A stretch of 64,000 nt of DNA, taken from assembly GCA_035328385.1 (NCBI GenBank), contig DAOLIU010000001.1, positions 2,612 through 66,611 on the forward strand, written 5' to 3'. The notes under the pieces are model-generated. The model was given only the letters and a program-made list of their open reading frames with translations, was not told the DNA's origin and did not search any database. This DNA is from Nitrospira sp. (GTDB lineage Bacteria > Nitrospirota > Nitrospiria > Nitrospirales > Nitrospiraceae). This document shows positions 29,497 to 38,654 of this stretch, piece after piece; position 1 is the first letter of the stretch; each line of letters starts with the position of its first letter. Position numbers and translations under genes: made by a program.

Positions 29497-30993
29497 TCAT
29501 GGGGCGCTCGACCTCCCGCCTCCGGCTCGATCCGGAACGGCGGCCGGTCGCGTGAAGGCCGGAGGGCTGGCCTGCTGACCGAGCCGGCCGGAGCCGGGGC
29601 CGATGGCCGGAGACAGCGGAAGGTGAGCCTCACCGAGATCGGGGCTTCTCGGCGGTACGGTCGACGGCATGAAAGCCCCGGAGTCTTCTCCCGTGTGCCG
29701 GCGGAGCGGGCGATCGCCGGGACGGCCGGTCATGCCGAGATCGGACCTCGTGGTGGGTGCCTGTGAAGACGTGGTCTCGTCCTCGTGTGCTCGGGCGACC
29801 GCCGCGGCCGGTCCCAAAGTCGAGCCGATGGTTCTCACGTTGCCGGAGATGACCCCCTGGGCCACGGATTCGGCGCTCGTCAACTCGTCGCCGTAGACAT
29901 CCGTCTGGTACTCGTCGGTATCGGCCTTGGCCAACGAAGACCAGACCGACTGTCCCGGTTCACCGATGCGAATCTTGGTGACGGTGGACAAGCCGGGCCT
30001 GACGGGATATTCGCGGATCTCGTCGGCCGCGAGGGCGATGCGGACCGGCACGCGCTCGATGATGTGAATGAAATTGCCGGTGGAATTGTCGGGAGGCAAC
30101 AGCGCGAACGGGCTTCCCGTGCCGGGCACCAGACCCTCGACCGTCCCGTGGAACGTATGTTTGCCTCCGTACAGATCGACGCGGATCTCGGCCGGCTGGC
30201 CCGGCCGGATCTCGCTCAATTCGGTCTCGCGCAAGTTCGCCTCCACCCAGAGGTGATCGAGCGGCACGATGGTCATCAGGTTCGCGCCGGGCCTCACCCG
30301 GTCGCCCACCTGGGCCTTGCGCTTGGCGACGTACCCGGATACCGGCGCGAGGATCCGCTGGCGGGCATATTCCAAATGAGCCTCGATGAATTCGTGTTTG
30401 GCCAATTCAACCGCCGGGTGTTCCATGACCGTCGTGCCGCCGATCTGCGCGTCCAGCGCATCGTATTCCGCCTCGGTTTCCCTGACGTCGGCTTCGAGCG
30501 CCTGAAGTTGGTCCGTGGCGTTTTGCAGCGTCTGCTTGGATACGGCTCCGGTCGGCGCGGCCTTGCGGTAGCGCTCCACGTCGTGGCGGATCACGTCGAG
30601 CCTGGCGCGGCGGGCGGCCAGCTTCTCTCCCACCTGCCGCTGCGTGAGAAACAAGGCGTTGATCCGGCGCACCGTTTCGCCGAGCCTGCCGCGCGCGCGG
30701 CCCAAGGCCGCGTAGGCCTCGTGTTCATCGAGGCGGATCAGCACGTCGCCCCGGTTCACGAATTGAGTTTCCTCGAAGAGGACCTGCGTGATGATGCCCG
30801 TCGCCTGCGCGGCGACCGGCACCAGATTGCCCGTCACGTAGGCATTGTCCGTCTGGACCCAGTACCGCAACACGGTCCACCAGTAGATGCCGTAAGCCGC
30901 GCCGGTCAGGACCAACGCCGCCGTCACGGCCAGCAGCCGCCGGTTGCGCTGTCGTCGAAGTGACGCGTCGTCCATTCCGGATTCCTGAGTCAT
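29497..30993 (-). CDS. HlyD/EmrA-type membrane fusion protein with a long low-complexity C-terminal tail
   Basis: TM anchor plus TDNAYVTGNLVPVAAQATGIIT... typical of EmrA-like adaptors. The last roughly 150 aa are Pro/Gly/Ser/Ala-rich. Confidence 0.8.
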   Translation of the reverse strand: MTQESGMDDASLRRQRNRRLLAVTAALVLTGAAYGIYWWTVLRYWVQTDNAYVTGNLVPVAAQATGIITQVLFEETQFVNRGDVLIRLDEHEAYAALGRARGRLGETVRRINALFLTQRQVGEKLAARRARLDVIRHDVERYRKAAPTGAVSKQTLQNATDQLQALEADVRETEAEYDALDAQIGGTTVMEHPAVELAKHEFIEAHLEYARQRILAPVSGYVAKRKAQVGDRVRPGANLMTIVPLDHLWVEANLRETELSEIRPGQPAEIRVDLYGGKHTFHGTVEGLVPGTGSPFALLPPDNSTGNFIHIIERVPVRIALAADEIREYPVRPGLSTVTKIRIGEPGQSVWSSLAKADTDEYQTDVYGDELTSAESVAQGVISGNVRTIGSTLGPAAAVARAHEDETTSSQAPTTRSDLGMTGRPGDRPLRRHTGEDSGAFMPSTVPPRSPDLGEAHLPLSPAIGPGSGRLGQQASPPAFTRPAAVPDRAGGGRSSAP

Positions 30994-31012
30994 CGTCCTC
31001 CTCGTCTCACGC

Positions 31013-32527
31013 TCAGCCTGCTTGATCGGCAGGCCGTTTGCTCACATCGTCGTTGCGATAGCCCCCGCCGAGCGCTTCGATCAGGTCCACGGCTGCGACC
31101 AACTGGTCGCTTTCGAGCGCCCGCATCGCATATTCCTGCTCGAGCACCGGATAGCGGTGCCGCAAGATCTCCCGGTCGTCGTCCAGCCCTGAGATCAGCC
31201 GCACCTTCGCCAGCCGCCAATCCTCGCTCAGCGCCGCGACCAGTCGGTGGTGCGACTCGAGCATCTCGCGGGTGGCCTGCCAGGCGCTGAGGCTGTCCGC
31301 CACCTCGCGCAATGCGCCGAGGAGCGTGTCATTGTAGAGCTCGACCGCCGCGTCGTACTCCGCCCGGTGCGCGGCGAGCTCGCCGCGGAGCCGGCCCCCT
31401 TCGAAGATCGGCAAGCGCAGGCCCGGCGCCATGCCGTAAGAGAAGCTCTGCCCGCTGAACAGGAAGTTGGCGAGCTTGTCGGCTCCCTTGGTGAGCGTCA
31501 GCGCGTTGAACCCGACGAAGGCGGTCAGATCGATCGTCGGGTAGAACTGCGTCTTGGCCACTTTGACCATTCTGGCCGCCGAATCGGCGCGATAGAGCGC
31601 GGCCGCCAGATCGGGCCGGTGCACCAACAATCCCATCGACAGATGCTCCGGTACGGGAATCCGTTCGGGAATGGTGACGCCGGTCTTCCCGAAGAGGCGA
31701 TGCGCCTCGTCCGGTCCCTTACCCATGAGGCGGGCGAGGAGGTTGCGCTGAACGTCCAACTGATCCCGCACTCCCGCCACGCGTTTGACCGCCGCTTCAT
31801 AGTCCGCCACGCTCTGTTTGACCGCCAGATCGGTATCCAGCCCCAGCTGGTACCGTGTTTCGGCGAGCCGGCGGAGTCCCCGGCGAAGCTCCACGATCGA
31901 GCGGACCAATTCGAGCTGCCGGTGAAGGGCCTGGCCGCGGAAATAGGCGCGGGCGATTCCGGCCGTCAGGCGGAGACGGATCTCGGCCCGCTCGGCCTCC
32001 TCGGCGGCCGCTTGCCCAAGCGCCGCTTCAATAGTCGCGCGATTCTTGCCCCAAAAGTCGAATTCATACCGCAAGCTCAGAGGATTGATGACGCCCAAAA
32101 GGATTTGCGCGCCGGCGACCTCGGGATTCAAGGCCGCGAAGACTCCGTGCTGGGAAATGCGTTCGTAGGTCAGCGAGGCGTCGGCTTCCAGAAACGGCAG
32201 CAGCCTGGCGCCCTCGACGCGGACCAGCGCCTGCGCCTCTCGCAGCCTGGCGGCGGCGGCTTTCAGACCGGGGTTGTCCTTCAGCGCCTGCTCCATCAGA
32301 CCGTTCAATTCGGGGTTCTCGAACTGCTCCCACCAGCGGTCGTCGGGCCACTTCTGCAGCCGGCTCGATACTTCTTCGATCGTCTCCTTGAGCTCGGGCG
32401 TGTCGAGATAGGCGGCCGGCGGGTCGCCCTTGGGAATCCACCAGGCGCACCCGGCCGTGATCAGAAGGGCGCAAGCGCCGGCGGCCACGAGGCTGGACCG
32501 GACGGCTGTGCGACGGGTGTATGTCAC
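31013..32527 (-). CDS. Outer-membrane efflux lipoprotein (NodT/OMF family)
   Basis: GTG start overlapping the upstream stop (GTGA). Lipobox LLITAGC. Paired OEP repeats. Confidence 0.8.
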   Translation of the reverse strand: MTYTRRTAVRSSLVAAGACALLITAGCAWWIPKGDPPAAYLDTPELKETIEEVSSRLQKWPDDRWWEQFENPELNGLMEQALKDNPGLKAAAARLREAQALVRVEGARLLPFLEADASLTYERISQHGVFAALNPEVAGAQILLGVINPLSLRYEFDFWGKNRATIEAALGQAAAEEAERAEIRLRLTAGIARAYFRGQALHRQLELVRSIVELRRGLRRLAETRYQLGLDTDLAVKQSVADYEAAVKRVAGVRDQLDVQRNLLARLMGKGPDEAHRLFGKTGVTIPERIPVPEHLSMGLLVHRPDLAAALYRADSAARMVKVAKTQFYPTIDLTAFVGFNALTLTKGADKLANFLFSGQSFSYGMAPGLRLPIFEGGRLRGELAAHRAEYDAAVELYNDTLLGALREVADSLSAWQATREMLESHHRLVAALSEDWRLAKVRLISGLDDDREILRHRYPVLEQEYAMRALESDQLVAAVDLIEALGGGYRNDDVSKRPADQAG

Positions 32528-34134
32528 GGCTGCTCCATCAGCTCTTCCGACCGTAGTATTTTGATGGCCTCGGCGCGGCCCAAGGCCGGTTCCCGCGTGG
32601 GCCTGGCCAACCAGACGACCAGGGCCAGTCCCAGGCAGAGGTAGCTCGAAAGAAGGAAGGCATCGTTCAGGGCTAGAATCCCGGCCCCCTGCTTCATCAT
32701 CAGCTGGAGTTTTCGTTCGATCATGCCCGGAGCGAGGCCGACGTGCTCCAGTTTGTCCATGACCGGCCGAAGCACGTCGTAACTCGCCGAGGCCCGGCCG
32801 CCGAAGTGGTCGCTCAACCGCAATTGATGGAAGGGGGTGCGCCGAAAGAGGACGACGCCCTGCCACGCGATGCCGAGCGCGCCGCCCGCGACACGGAAGA
32901 TGTTGGCCGCTTCGGCGGCCCTCAGCATCTGTTCTCCCGTCAGGCCGTGCAGCGTGAGCACCGTCAGGGGCGTGAAGAACGAGCCGAGGAAGACGCCTTC
33001 CAGCATCATGGGCCAAAAGATCTGGTCGAATGACTGGGGATCGTCGAACAGACCGATCCAATAATAGGTGGCCGCGAACCCGACGGCGTTGAGGCTGGCC
33101 AGCAGCCGGACATCCACGTGCTTGGCAATTTCATGTACGACGGCGATCATCGGGATTCCCAGGAAAATCATGGGCAGGAAGACCATGCCGGCCAGGGTGG
33201 ACGAGTATCCCATGAGCACTTGCAACTGGACGACGAACAGTGCCAGCAGTCCCTGAATGGACAGGAATCCCAGCGCCAGGCACAGGACGCCGACGGCGAA
33301 GTTCCGGTTTGTGAACAGCCGCAGGTCGACGGCGGGGCGGCGTTCGCCGAGCTCCCAGACGATCCAGATCGGAATCGCGGCGAGCACGATCACCAGCACG
33401 ATCCGCAGGAGCGGGTCGTCGAACCAGTCGAAGTCGTTGCCCTCGTTCAGGATGGTCTGGAGTCCGCCCAGGATCACGGCCAACAGAAAGAATCCCACGA
33501 AGTCGAACGGCTCCGGGCGGGACTTGGACGCTTTCTGTGGGAGCAGGGCCGCCGTGAGACCGGCGACGGCGAGGGCGAGCGGGATGTTGAGATAGAACAG
33601 GCTTCGCCACCCCCATTCGTCCGCGATCCATCCGCCGGTCGCGAGTCCCAAGGTGAAAGGCATCAAGGTGAACAGACCCCAGACCGCCAGGCCCATCGAT
33701 TTGAGCCGGTCGGGATATTCCTGGAGCAGCAGCGATTGGCCCAATGGAATGGTGAGTCCGCCGGCCAGTCCCAAGAGGATTCGGGCCGCTACGAACGTGG
33801 AGATGGTGGCGTCCATGGAGCAGAATGCGGATGCGGCGGCGTAGGCCACGAAGGCCCAGACGAAGACCCGCACGTCTCCGTAGCGGGATGCGAGCCATCG
33901 GGCGATCGGAAACGCCAGGGCCAGCGCGATCATGAAATCCGTCTGGGCCCAGGTGCCGAAACTGGGAAGCACGCCGCCGAGATCTCCCGCCGCGTGAGGA
34001 AGCAACGCCACGTAGGAACCGGCGTTGAACAGGACGACCATGTGCGCGAGGCCGGAGACGAGGTTGAACAGAATGAACGGCCACCCCTGCAGCCGCGCGT
34101 CGCGGGATCCGGCGGAGGGTAGCGCATCGTTCAT
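32524..34134 (-). CDS. DHA2 (EmrB/QacA) family MFS efflux permease
   Basis: 14-TM-type length. Start at MNDALPSAG. The ORF extension to 35106 overlaps the FNT gene and was rejected. Confidence 0.85.
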   Translation of the reverse strand: MNDALPSAGSRDARLQGWPFILFNLVSGLAHMVVLFNAGSYVALLPHAAGDLGGVLPSFGTWAQTDFMIALALAFPIARWLASRYGDVRVFVWAFVAYAAASAFCSMDATISTFVAARILLGLAGGLTIPLGQSLLLQEYPDRLKSMGLAVWGLFTLMPFTLGLATGGWIADEWGWRSLFYLNIPLALAVAGLTAALLPQKASKSRPEPFDFVGFFLLAVILGGLQTILNEGNDFDWFDDPLLRIVLVIVLAAIPIWIVWELGERRPAVDLRLFTNRNFAVGVLCLALGFLSIQGLLALFVVQLQVLMGYSSTLAGMVFLPMIFLGIPMIAVVHEIAKHVDVRLLASLNAVGFAATYYWIGLFDDPQSFDQIFWPMMLEGVFLGSFFTPLTVLTLHGLTGEQMLRAAEAANIFRVAGGALGIAWQGVVLFRRTPFHQLRLSDHFGGRASASYDVLRPVMDKLEHVGLAPGMIERKLQLMMKQGAGILALNDAFLLSSYLCLGLALVVWLARPTREPALGRAEAIKILRSEELMEQP

Positions 34135-34154
34135 CGAATCGTCTCCACGGCCAT

Positions 34155-35027
34155 TCAAAATGACGGAGAATACCCGCGCCCATGTTCGGAAACGGTCGCG
34201 GCTTCCGCCGGGACCGGCGCGGCCGAAGCCGCCACCGGAGCCCGGTGGGTGAAATAAATGGCCAAGCCGGTGAACACCATCCCGCCGACCAGGTTGCCCA
34301 GGGTGACCGGAATCTGGTTCCAGATCCACCAATCCGCCGCCGTGACGTGCGCGCCCAACAACATGCCGACCGGAATGACGAACATGTTGACGACCGCGTG
34401 TTCGAAGCCTTGCGAGAAGAAGAGCAGGGTCGGGCCCCAAATGGCCAGGATCTTGCCGGACAGCGAGGTCGTCGCGAACGCGAAGACGACGGCGAGGCTC
34501 ACCATCCAATTGCACAGGACGGCCTTCGTGAACACGGTCAGCATGCCCGCCGACCCGTGGGAAGCGTAATAGTTGGTCTTGGCCTCGGCGATGGCGATCA
34601 GTTTGGTGCCGGTCGCCGAGAGCCCGGCGTCTCCCGCCGTCGTCAGCACGATCGCCAGCATGGCGGCATAGAGGACGCTGCCGAGCAGATTGCCCATAAA
34701 CACCCAGCCCCAATTGATGAGCACCCGGCTGACGCAGGCGTTCTCCTTTCCGGCCGCTGTCGCGCAGGGCAACAGGGCAAAGCTGCCGGTGATGATTTCG
34801 GTCTTGAGCAGAATGGCGATGCAGAGGCCGATGGGAAACAGCAGCGATCCGACGAGCCAACTGCCGGTTTCGACCGCTGCCGTCACGGCCATGCTGGTGG
34901 CGATCCCGAGGTAGGCTCCGGCCAGGGCTCCGCGGATCACCAGGTGCGAGGCCGGCACATCCAGCTTCAGCGCGCCCGTGCTCACCATGTCTTTGACGAC
35001 GTCGTGCGGCTTCACATAGTCCATCAT
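34155..35027 (-). CDS. Formate/nitrite transporter family channel (FocA/NirC-like)
   Basis: 290 aa. FNT-type sequence (RGALAGAYLGIA..., FPIGLCIAILLKTEIITGSF, GNLLGS, NLVGGMVF). Confidence 0.85.
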   Translation of the reverse strand: MMDYVKPHDVVKDMVSTGALKLDVPASHLVIRGALAGAYLGIATSMAVTAAVETGSWLVGSLLFPIGLCIAILLKTEIITGSFALLPCATAAGKENACVSRVLINWGWVFMGNLLGSVLYAAMLAIVLTTAGDAGLSATGTKLIAIAEAKTNYYASHGSAGMLTVFTKAVLCNWMVSLAVVFAFATTSLSGKILAIWGPTLLFFSQGFEHAVVNMFVIPVGMLLGAHVTAADWWIWNQIPVTLGNLVGGMVFTGLAIYFTHRAPVAASAAPVPAEAATVSEHGRGYSPSF

Positions 35028-35074
35028 CCTGCTCCGTTCGAGAATGAGTTGCGCGGATATCGATCAAGGGCAGA

Positions 35075-35089
35075 GCAACTTCGGGGCCA
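35075..35089 (-). promoter_or_regulatory. Candidate sigma54 (-24/-12) promoter upstream of the FNT-efflux-TCS operon
   Basis: The minus strand reads TGGCCC-CGAAG-TTGCT (consensus TGGCAC-N5-TTGCW, correct GG/GC spacing), about 50-60 nt upstream of the FNT start. A sigma54-dependent activator is encoded at the end of the same gene string. Confidence 0.4.
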
Positions 35090-35449
35090 AGTCGGTTCTC
35101 GCGCATCTCAGCGGGTTATCGCAGGTTTTCCTTGAAATACGAATCGTGAGGAATCGCGGACCGCGAACGAGGTCGGAGCATGAGTGGAGTCGGGGCGTGC
35201 GGCTCGTGCGATACCGCTCAAGCGCGTCGCCGCCGCAACCCTCGCGGATGCGAAGGGAGGCGGATACGTCGCCATGATCTCAGGGACAGGTTGGCCCGCG
35301 ACCGAGAAATTCTGTCACGCCCGGATTGGACGAGAGCATCGATCACCATGAAATATCGTCGGATCTGAAGAGGTATGGATCATGCGTAGTAACCATGGAT
35401 AGTCATTTCCTGCGTCACCTCTCCGAAACCCTAGTAAGGGAGGCGTGCC

Positions 35450-35965
35450 ATGGTGTTCTTGTCGTTTCGCGATCGCTCGAAACTGGTCCTCTTTCGGTGG
35501 TCGGCCGTCGGGGCCGGGTTGTGCGTCGCATTGGGGCTTCACATTGTCGCCAGCGCCCTTGGACTTGGGATCGCGTATGCCGGCGCCGGTTCCATAGCGG
35601 AAGGATCGACGGGATATTTGGTGCTCGCGTGGAGCGGAGCGGCCTGGCTTGCCGCAGCCTTTGTCGGAGGCTACGTTGCCGCGTGGGTCGCTGATTCCTC
35701 GAGCTACGTGGAGAGTATCTTCCACGGATTGACGCTTTGGGGACTACTGACGGTGGTCCTGATGGTGCTGCCGCCGACCGCGATGAGCCTGGGCGGGATG
35801 TTGGCCGAAACCGTGCCGCCTTCCGAGATCGTTTCCTTCGTCGCCTGGTTCGTCGCGATCGGGGGGCTTCTGTCGCTCGGGACGACGATCTGGGGCTCCA
35901 TCGTCGGATCGCGGGTCGTGGAATCCGTCGAAGCAAAGATGACGGAGGGCTACCGAGCGGCCTGA
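35450..35965 (+). CDS. Hypothetical integral membrane protein (about 4 TM)
   Basis: AAGGGAGG lies before the ATG. Hydrophobic segments have Gly/Ala-rich packing. No recognisable family. Confidence 0.5.
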   Translation: MVFLSFRDRSKLVLFRWSAVGAGLCVALGLHIVASALGLGIAYAGAGSIAEGSTGYLVLAWSGAAWLAAAFVGGYVAAWVADSSSYVESIFHGLTLWGLLTVVLMVLPPTAMSLGGMLAETVPPSEIVSFVAWFVAIGGLLSLGTTIWGSIVGSRVVESVEAKMTEGYRAA

Positions 35966-35998
35966 GGAGACTCTGAGCCAGGAGCGGAGGAGGCGAAG

Positions 35999-36298
35999 AT
36001 GAGCAACATAGAGAAAGCCGAAGTGATCCGCCAGTGGGTCAATCCGGAGGAACGGGTCAGCGTGCAGTTCGACGACGCGCGGGATCTGAACGCCGAAGTG
36101 ACGGGGTGCACCGATCAGCTGGTGGCCTTGGCGTTGGAAACCGACGTCCCGCACATGCGGCAGCAGTTGTCGATTCCTTTGAGCAAGGTGGAAGTGGCCG
36201 CGGATCCGTCTCACTATACCCGCGATCCCGATCGGCCCTTGCAGCGGGAGCGGCTGCTGTTGCTGGTCAAGGGAAGCCGTCCGGCGGTGGTTTATTGA
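35999..36298 (+). CDS. Hypothetical protein (99 aa)
   Basis: GGAGGAGG lies before the ATG. Composition is balanced. No recognisable family. Confidence 0.45.
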   Translation: MSNIEKAEVIRQWVNPEERVSVQFDDARDLNAEVTGCTDQLVALALETDVPHMRQQLSIPLSKVEVAADPSHYTRDPDRPLQRERLLLLVKGSRPAVVY

Positions 36299-36705
36299 AG
36301 CGATCCGGCTGATCCGGCTAATTCGATGGACGGCTTCGTGACCATCGAGCCGGCGGACATGGGACTGATGCAGGATGCCATTGGCCGAACGTCGCAGGAC
36401 GGGCCGGCGGCCCGTGCGGCGGCGGTCACCAGGTCCTGTTCGCTGATAAGCCGGACGTCGAGATCGATCAGCGCCTGGTCGGGGAGCAGCGACCAATCCA
36501 CGGCCATGACTCCGGGCAGAGCCAAGAGTGCCTTCGAAAGGACGCTTTGTTGAACGCCACAGGAGGAGCCGCCGACCTGGAGCGAGATACGGTGCACGGA
36601 TGAAGCGGCCCGGGCGTCCGGAAGCGGCCAACCGGAGAGACAACAGAAGAGGAAGAACGCTGTCACCAAGACCTTCCGTCCGGTTTCCAGAAAATCCTCA
36701 GTCAT
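36292..36705 (-). CDS. Secreted HMA-fold-like protein with a degenerate metal motif (possible Cu chaperone for NirK)
   Basis: A signal-like N-terminus, then ISLQVGGSSCGVQQSVLSKALLALPGVMAVD...DLVTAAARAAG parallels the HMA pattern (GMTCxxC...GV..v). It lies directly downstream of nirK on the same strand. Confidence 0.4.
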   Translation of the reverse strand: MTEDFLETGRKVLVTAFFLFCCLSGWPLPDARAASSVHRISLQVGGSSCGVQQSVLSKALLALPGVMAVDWSLLPDQALIDLDVRLISEQDLVTAAARAAGPSCDVRPMASCISPMSAGSMVTKPSIELAGSAGSLQ

Positions 36706-36811
36706 TCCACAGACTCGTCGCGGGGAAAACGGGCGGCGCGGCCCCATGAGATTGAGGCCGTGCCGCTTCCCAGCCGGTTCATGACAGCCAGGTTCATACC
36801 CGTCCGATCCG

Positions 36812-37804
36812 TTACGGCACCGGGACCGGAGTGATTTCGGTCTGGGGCACCGACACTTTCCAGGGAACCATCGGCATGAGCGGTTGTGGCTTGGCGTCGG
36901 GGGACGCCACCAATACCGCAATGGCCCCGCGGAGTGCGCCGGTCAAGGAATGAGTGACGAACGGGTAGGCGCCGGGGGATTCGACGACCACATCGAAGGT
37001 TGCCGCGCTCCCCGGTCCTACCACATAGGTTTGAACACCGGTGAGCTTGTTGGCCGGGTTGCCGCTCTCATAGACGTTGTCCCAGATCTCGCCGATCGGG
37101 TGAAACGAAGAAAACTCGTTCGGTCCGGCATTGACGAAGTAGACGCGGACACGCTCGCCGGGCTTCGCGTCCAGTTTTCCTCCACCCGTGACGAAAGGGT
37201 GGTACTTGAAGATGCCCCCGTTGAACATCATCCCATCGTATTTTCGGTCGAACATCGCCTGCACGTCACCCGGGTTCTTGAAATACTCCGATTGGATCAA
37301 CACATATTCACGATCGGCCTTGGGCCAGGCCTTGGCATTTTGGGGATCCACGATGATCGCGCCGAACATGCCGCGGGCGATGTGCTGGATCATCGGCGGC
37401 GCGCCGCAATGATAGAAAAACACGCCGGGCTTTTTGGCGACGAAGGTGAAGCTGATGGTTTCACCGGCATTGACGGCCCGATAGTTCTTCAGAAAGTCGA
37501 TCTCGGCGGCGTGAAAATCCATCGCGTGGGGGTTTTTGTTCTCGGCGGGGTTGGTCAGCGTGAATTTGATCGTGTCACCTTCCGTGACGCGGACGACGGG
37601 CCCGGGCATCGTTCCGTTGAACGTCCAGGCGGCGTACTTTTCGCCGCTGCCGTCGATGACGACGTCGGTCTCGACCGCCGTCATCGAGACTTCATGCGTC
37701 TTGGCGCTGGCCAGAGTCGCATCGAGCGAGAGGGGAATCAGCAGACAGGTGGCAAGACCGGCGAGGACCGGAAGCGGATGCGGATGCGGACGACGGATCT
37801 CCAT
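36812..37804 (-). CDS. nirK: Copper-containing nitrite reductase
   Basis: HAMDFHAA (type 2 Cu His pair region), FYHCGAPPMIQHIARGMFG (H-C...H...M type 1 Cu ligands), and a signal peptide. Confidence 0.8.
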   Translation of the reverse strand: MEIRRPHPHPLPVLAGLATCLLIPLSLDATLASAKTHEVSMTAVETDVVIDGSGEKYAAWTFNGTMPGPVVRVTEGDTIKFTLTNPAENKNPHAMDFHAAEIDFLKNYRAVNAGETISFTFVAKKPGVFFYHCGAPPMIQHIARGMFGAIIVDPQNAKAWPKADREYVLIQSEYFKNPGDVQAMFDRKYDGMMFNGGIFKYHPFVTGGGKLDAKPGERVRVYFVNAGPNEFSSFHPIGEIWDNVYESGNPANKLTGVQTYVVGPGSAATFDVVVESPGAYPFVTHSLTGALRGAIAVLVASPDAKPQPLMPMVPWKVSVPQTEITPVPVP

Positions 37805-37872
37805 GTTGGGGCCTCCAGGTTATGTGAAGAGTCGAAGATGCGCGTCGGCAGGATACCGAATGAGCTGGACAT

Positions 37873-37898
37873 AAAAACATGACATTCGTCATGTTTTT
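37873..37898. promoter_or_regulatory. Perfect AT-rich palindrome between the crp/fnr gene and nirK (Crp/Fnr-type operator or bidirectional terminator)
   Basis: AAAAACATGAC-ATTC-GTCATGTTTTT: 11-bp arms with a 4-nt spacer, 28 nt after the regulator stop and about 70-95 nt before the nirK start. Confidence 0.5.
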
Positions 37899-37925
37899 GA
37901 GAAATGCCCGACGAGTGGCTTGAAA

Positions 37926-38654
37926 TCAGGCGGACGCGAAGGACTTGAGGCGCGCGAGGTCCCGGATAATCAACCGGTTTGCGGTACCCGTCACGAGACG
38001 GTCTTTCTTGAACCGGCTCATGATGCGGATGGCGGTTTCGGTCGTGGTGCCGATCATATCGGCCATGTCCTGGCGGGTGAGCCGCACGGCAAGCCTGACG
38101 CCTTGCGGGTCAGGGACGCCGCTGCGCTCGGCCAGATCGAGCAGGAGGGCCGCCAGGCGTTGATCGGTGCGATCCAACGCCAGCAGCTTGGCCTTCTCCT
38201 GCGCTTCGTTCAGCCGTGCTCCCAGGTATTTGATGACTTCGAGCGCGGCGTCGGGGCTGCGCCGGAGCAGCTCAAAATACGCCGTCTTCCTCATCCGCAG
38301 GACGCTCACGTCGCCCATCGATTGCGCGGTGCCCGGATGGCAGCCGCCGTCGAAGGCGGCGGCGTCGCAACAGAAGAGGTCGCCGGGCATCAACATTTTC
38401 AACGTGCATTCCTTGCCCTCGGGGGACGACTTGACGCACTTGACGACGCCTTCTTTGACGATGTGGAAATATTCGGTGGGATCGCCTTCGCGGAAGATGT
38501 AATCGTCCTTGGCGTAGCGGGCTTCCGACAGCTCGCCGAGCATGCGCCGGCGGTCCGTGTCGGACAGGATATTGAGCAGGGGAATGTGCGCGATGCCCGG
38601 CGGGACGGCCGAAGCCCCGCCGTTACTTGATGATTTGTTTTGCCGCTTCGACAA
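37926..38654 (-). CDS. Crp/Fnr family transcriptional regulator
   Basis: cNMP-binding-like N-domain (YIFREGDP...FHIVKEGVVK) and C-terminal HTH (LTRQDMADMIGTTTETAIRIMSRF). Confidence 0.85.
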   Translation of the reverse strand: MSKRQNKSSSNGGASAVPPGIAHIPLLNILSDTDRRRMLGELSEARYAKDDYIFREGDPTEYFHIVKEGVVKCVKSSPEGKECTLKMLMPGDLFCCDAAAFDGGCHPGTAQSMGDVSVLRMRKTAYFELLRRSPDAALEVIKYLGARLNEAQEKAKLLALDRTDQRLAALLLDLAERSGVPDPQGVRLAVRLTRQDMADMIGTTTETAIRIMSRFKKDRLVTGTANRLIIRDLARLKSFASA

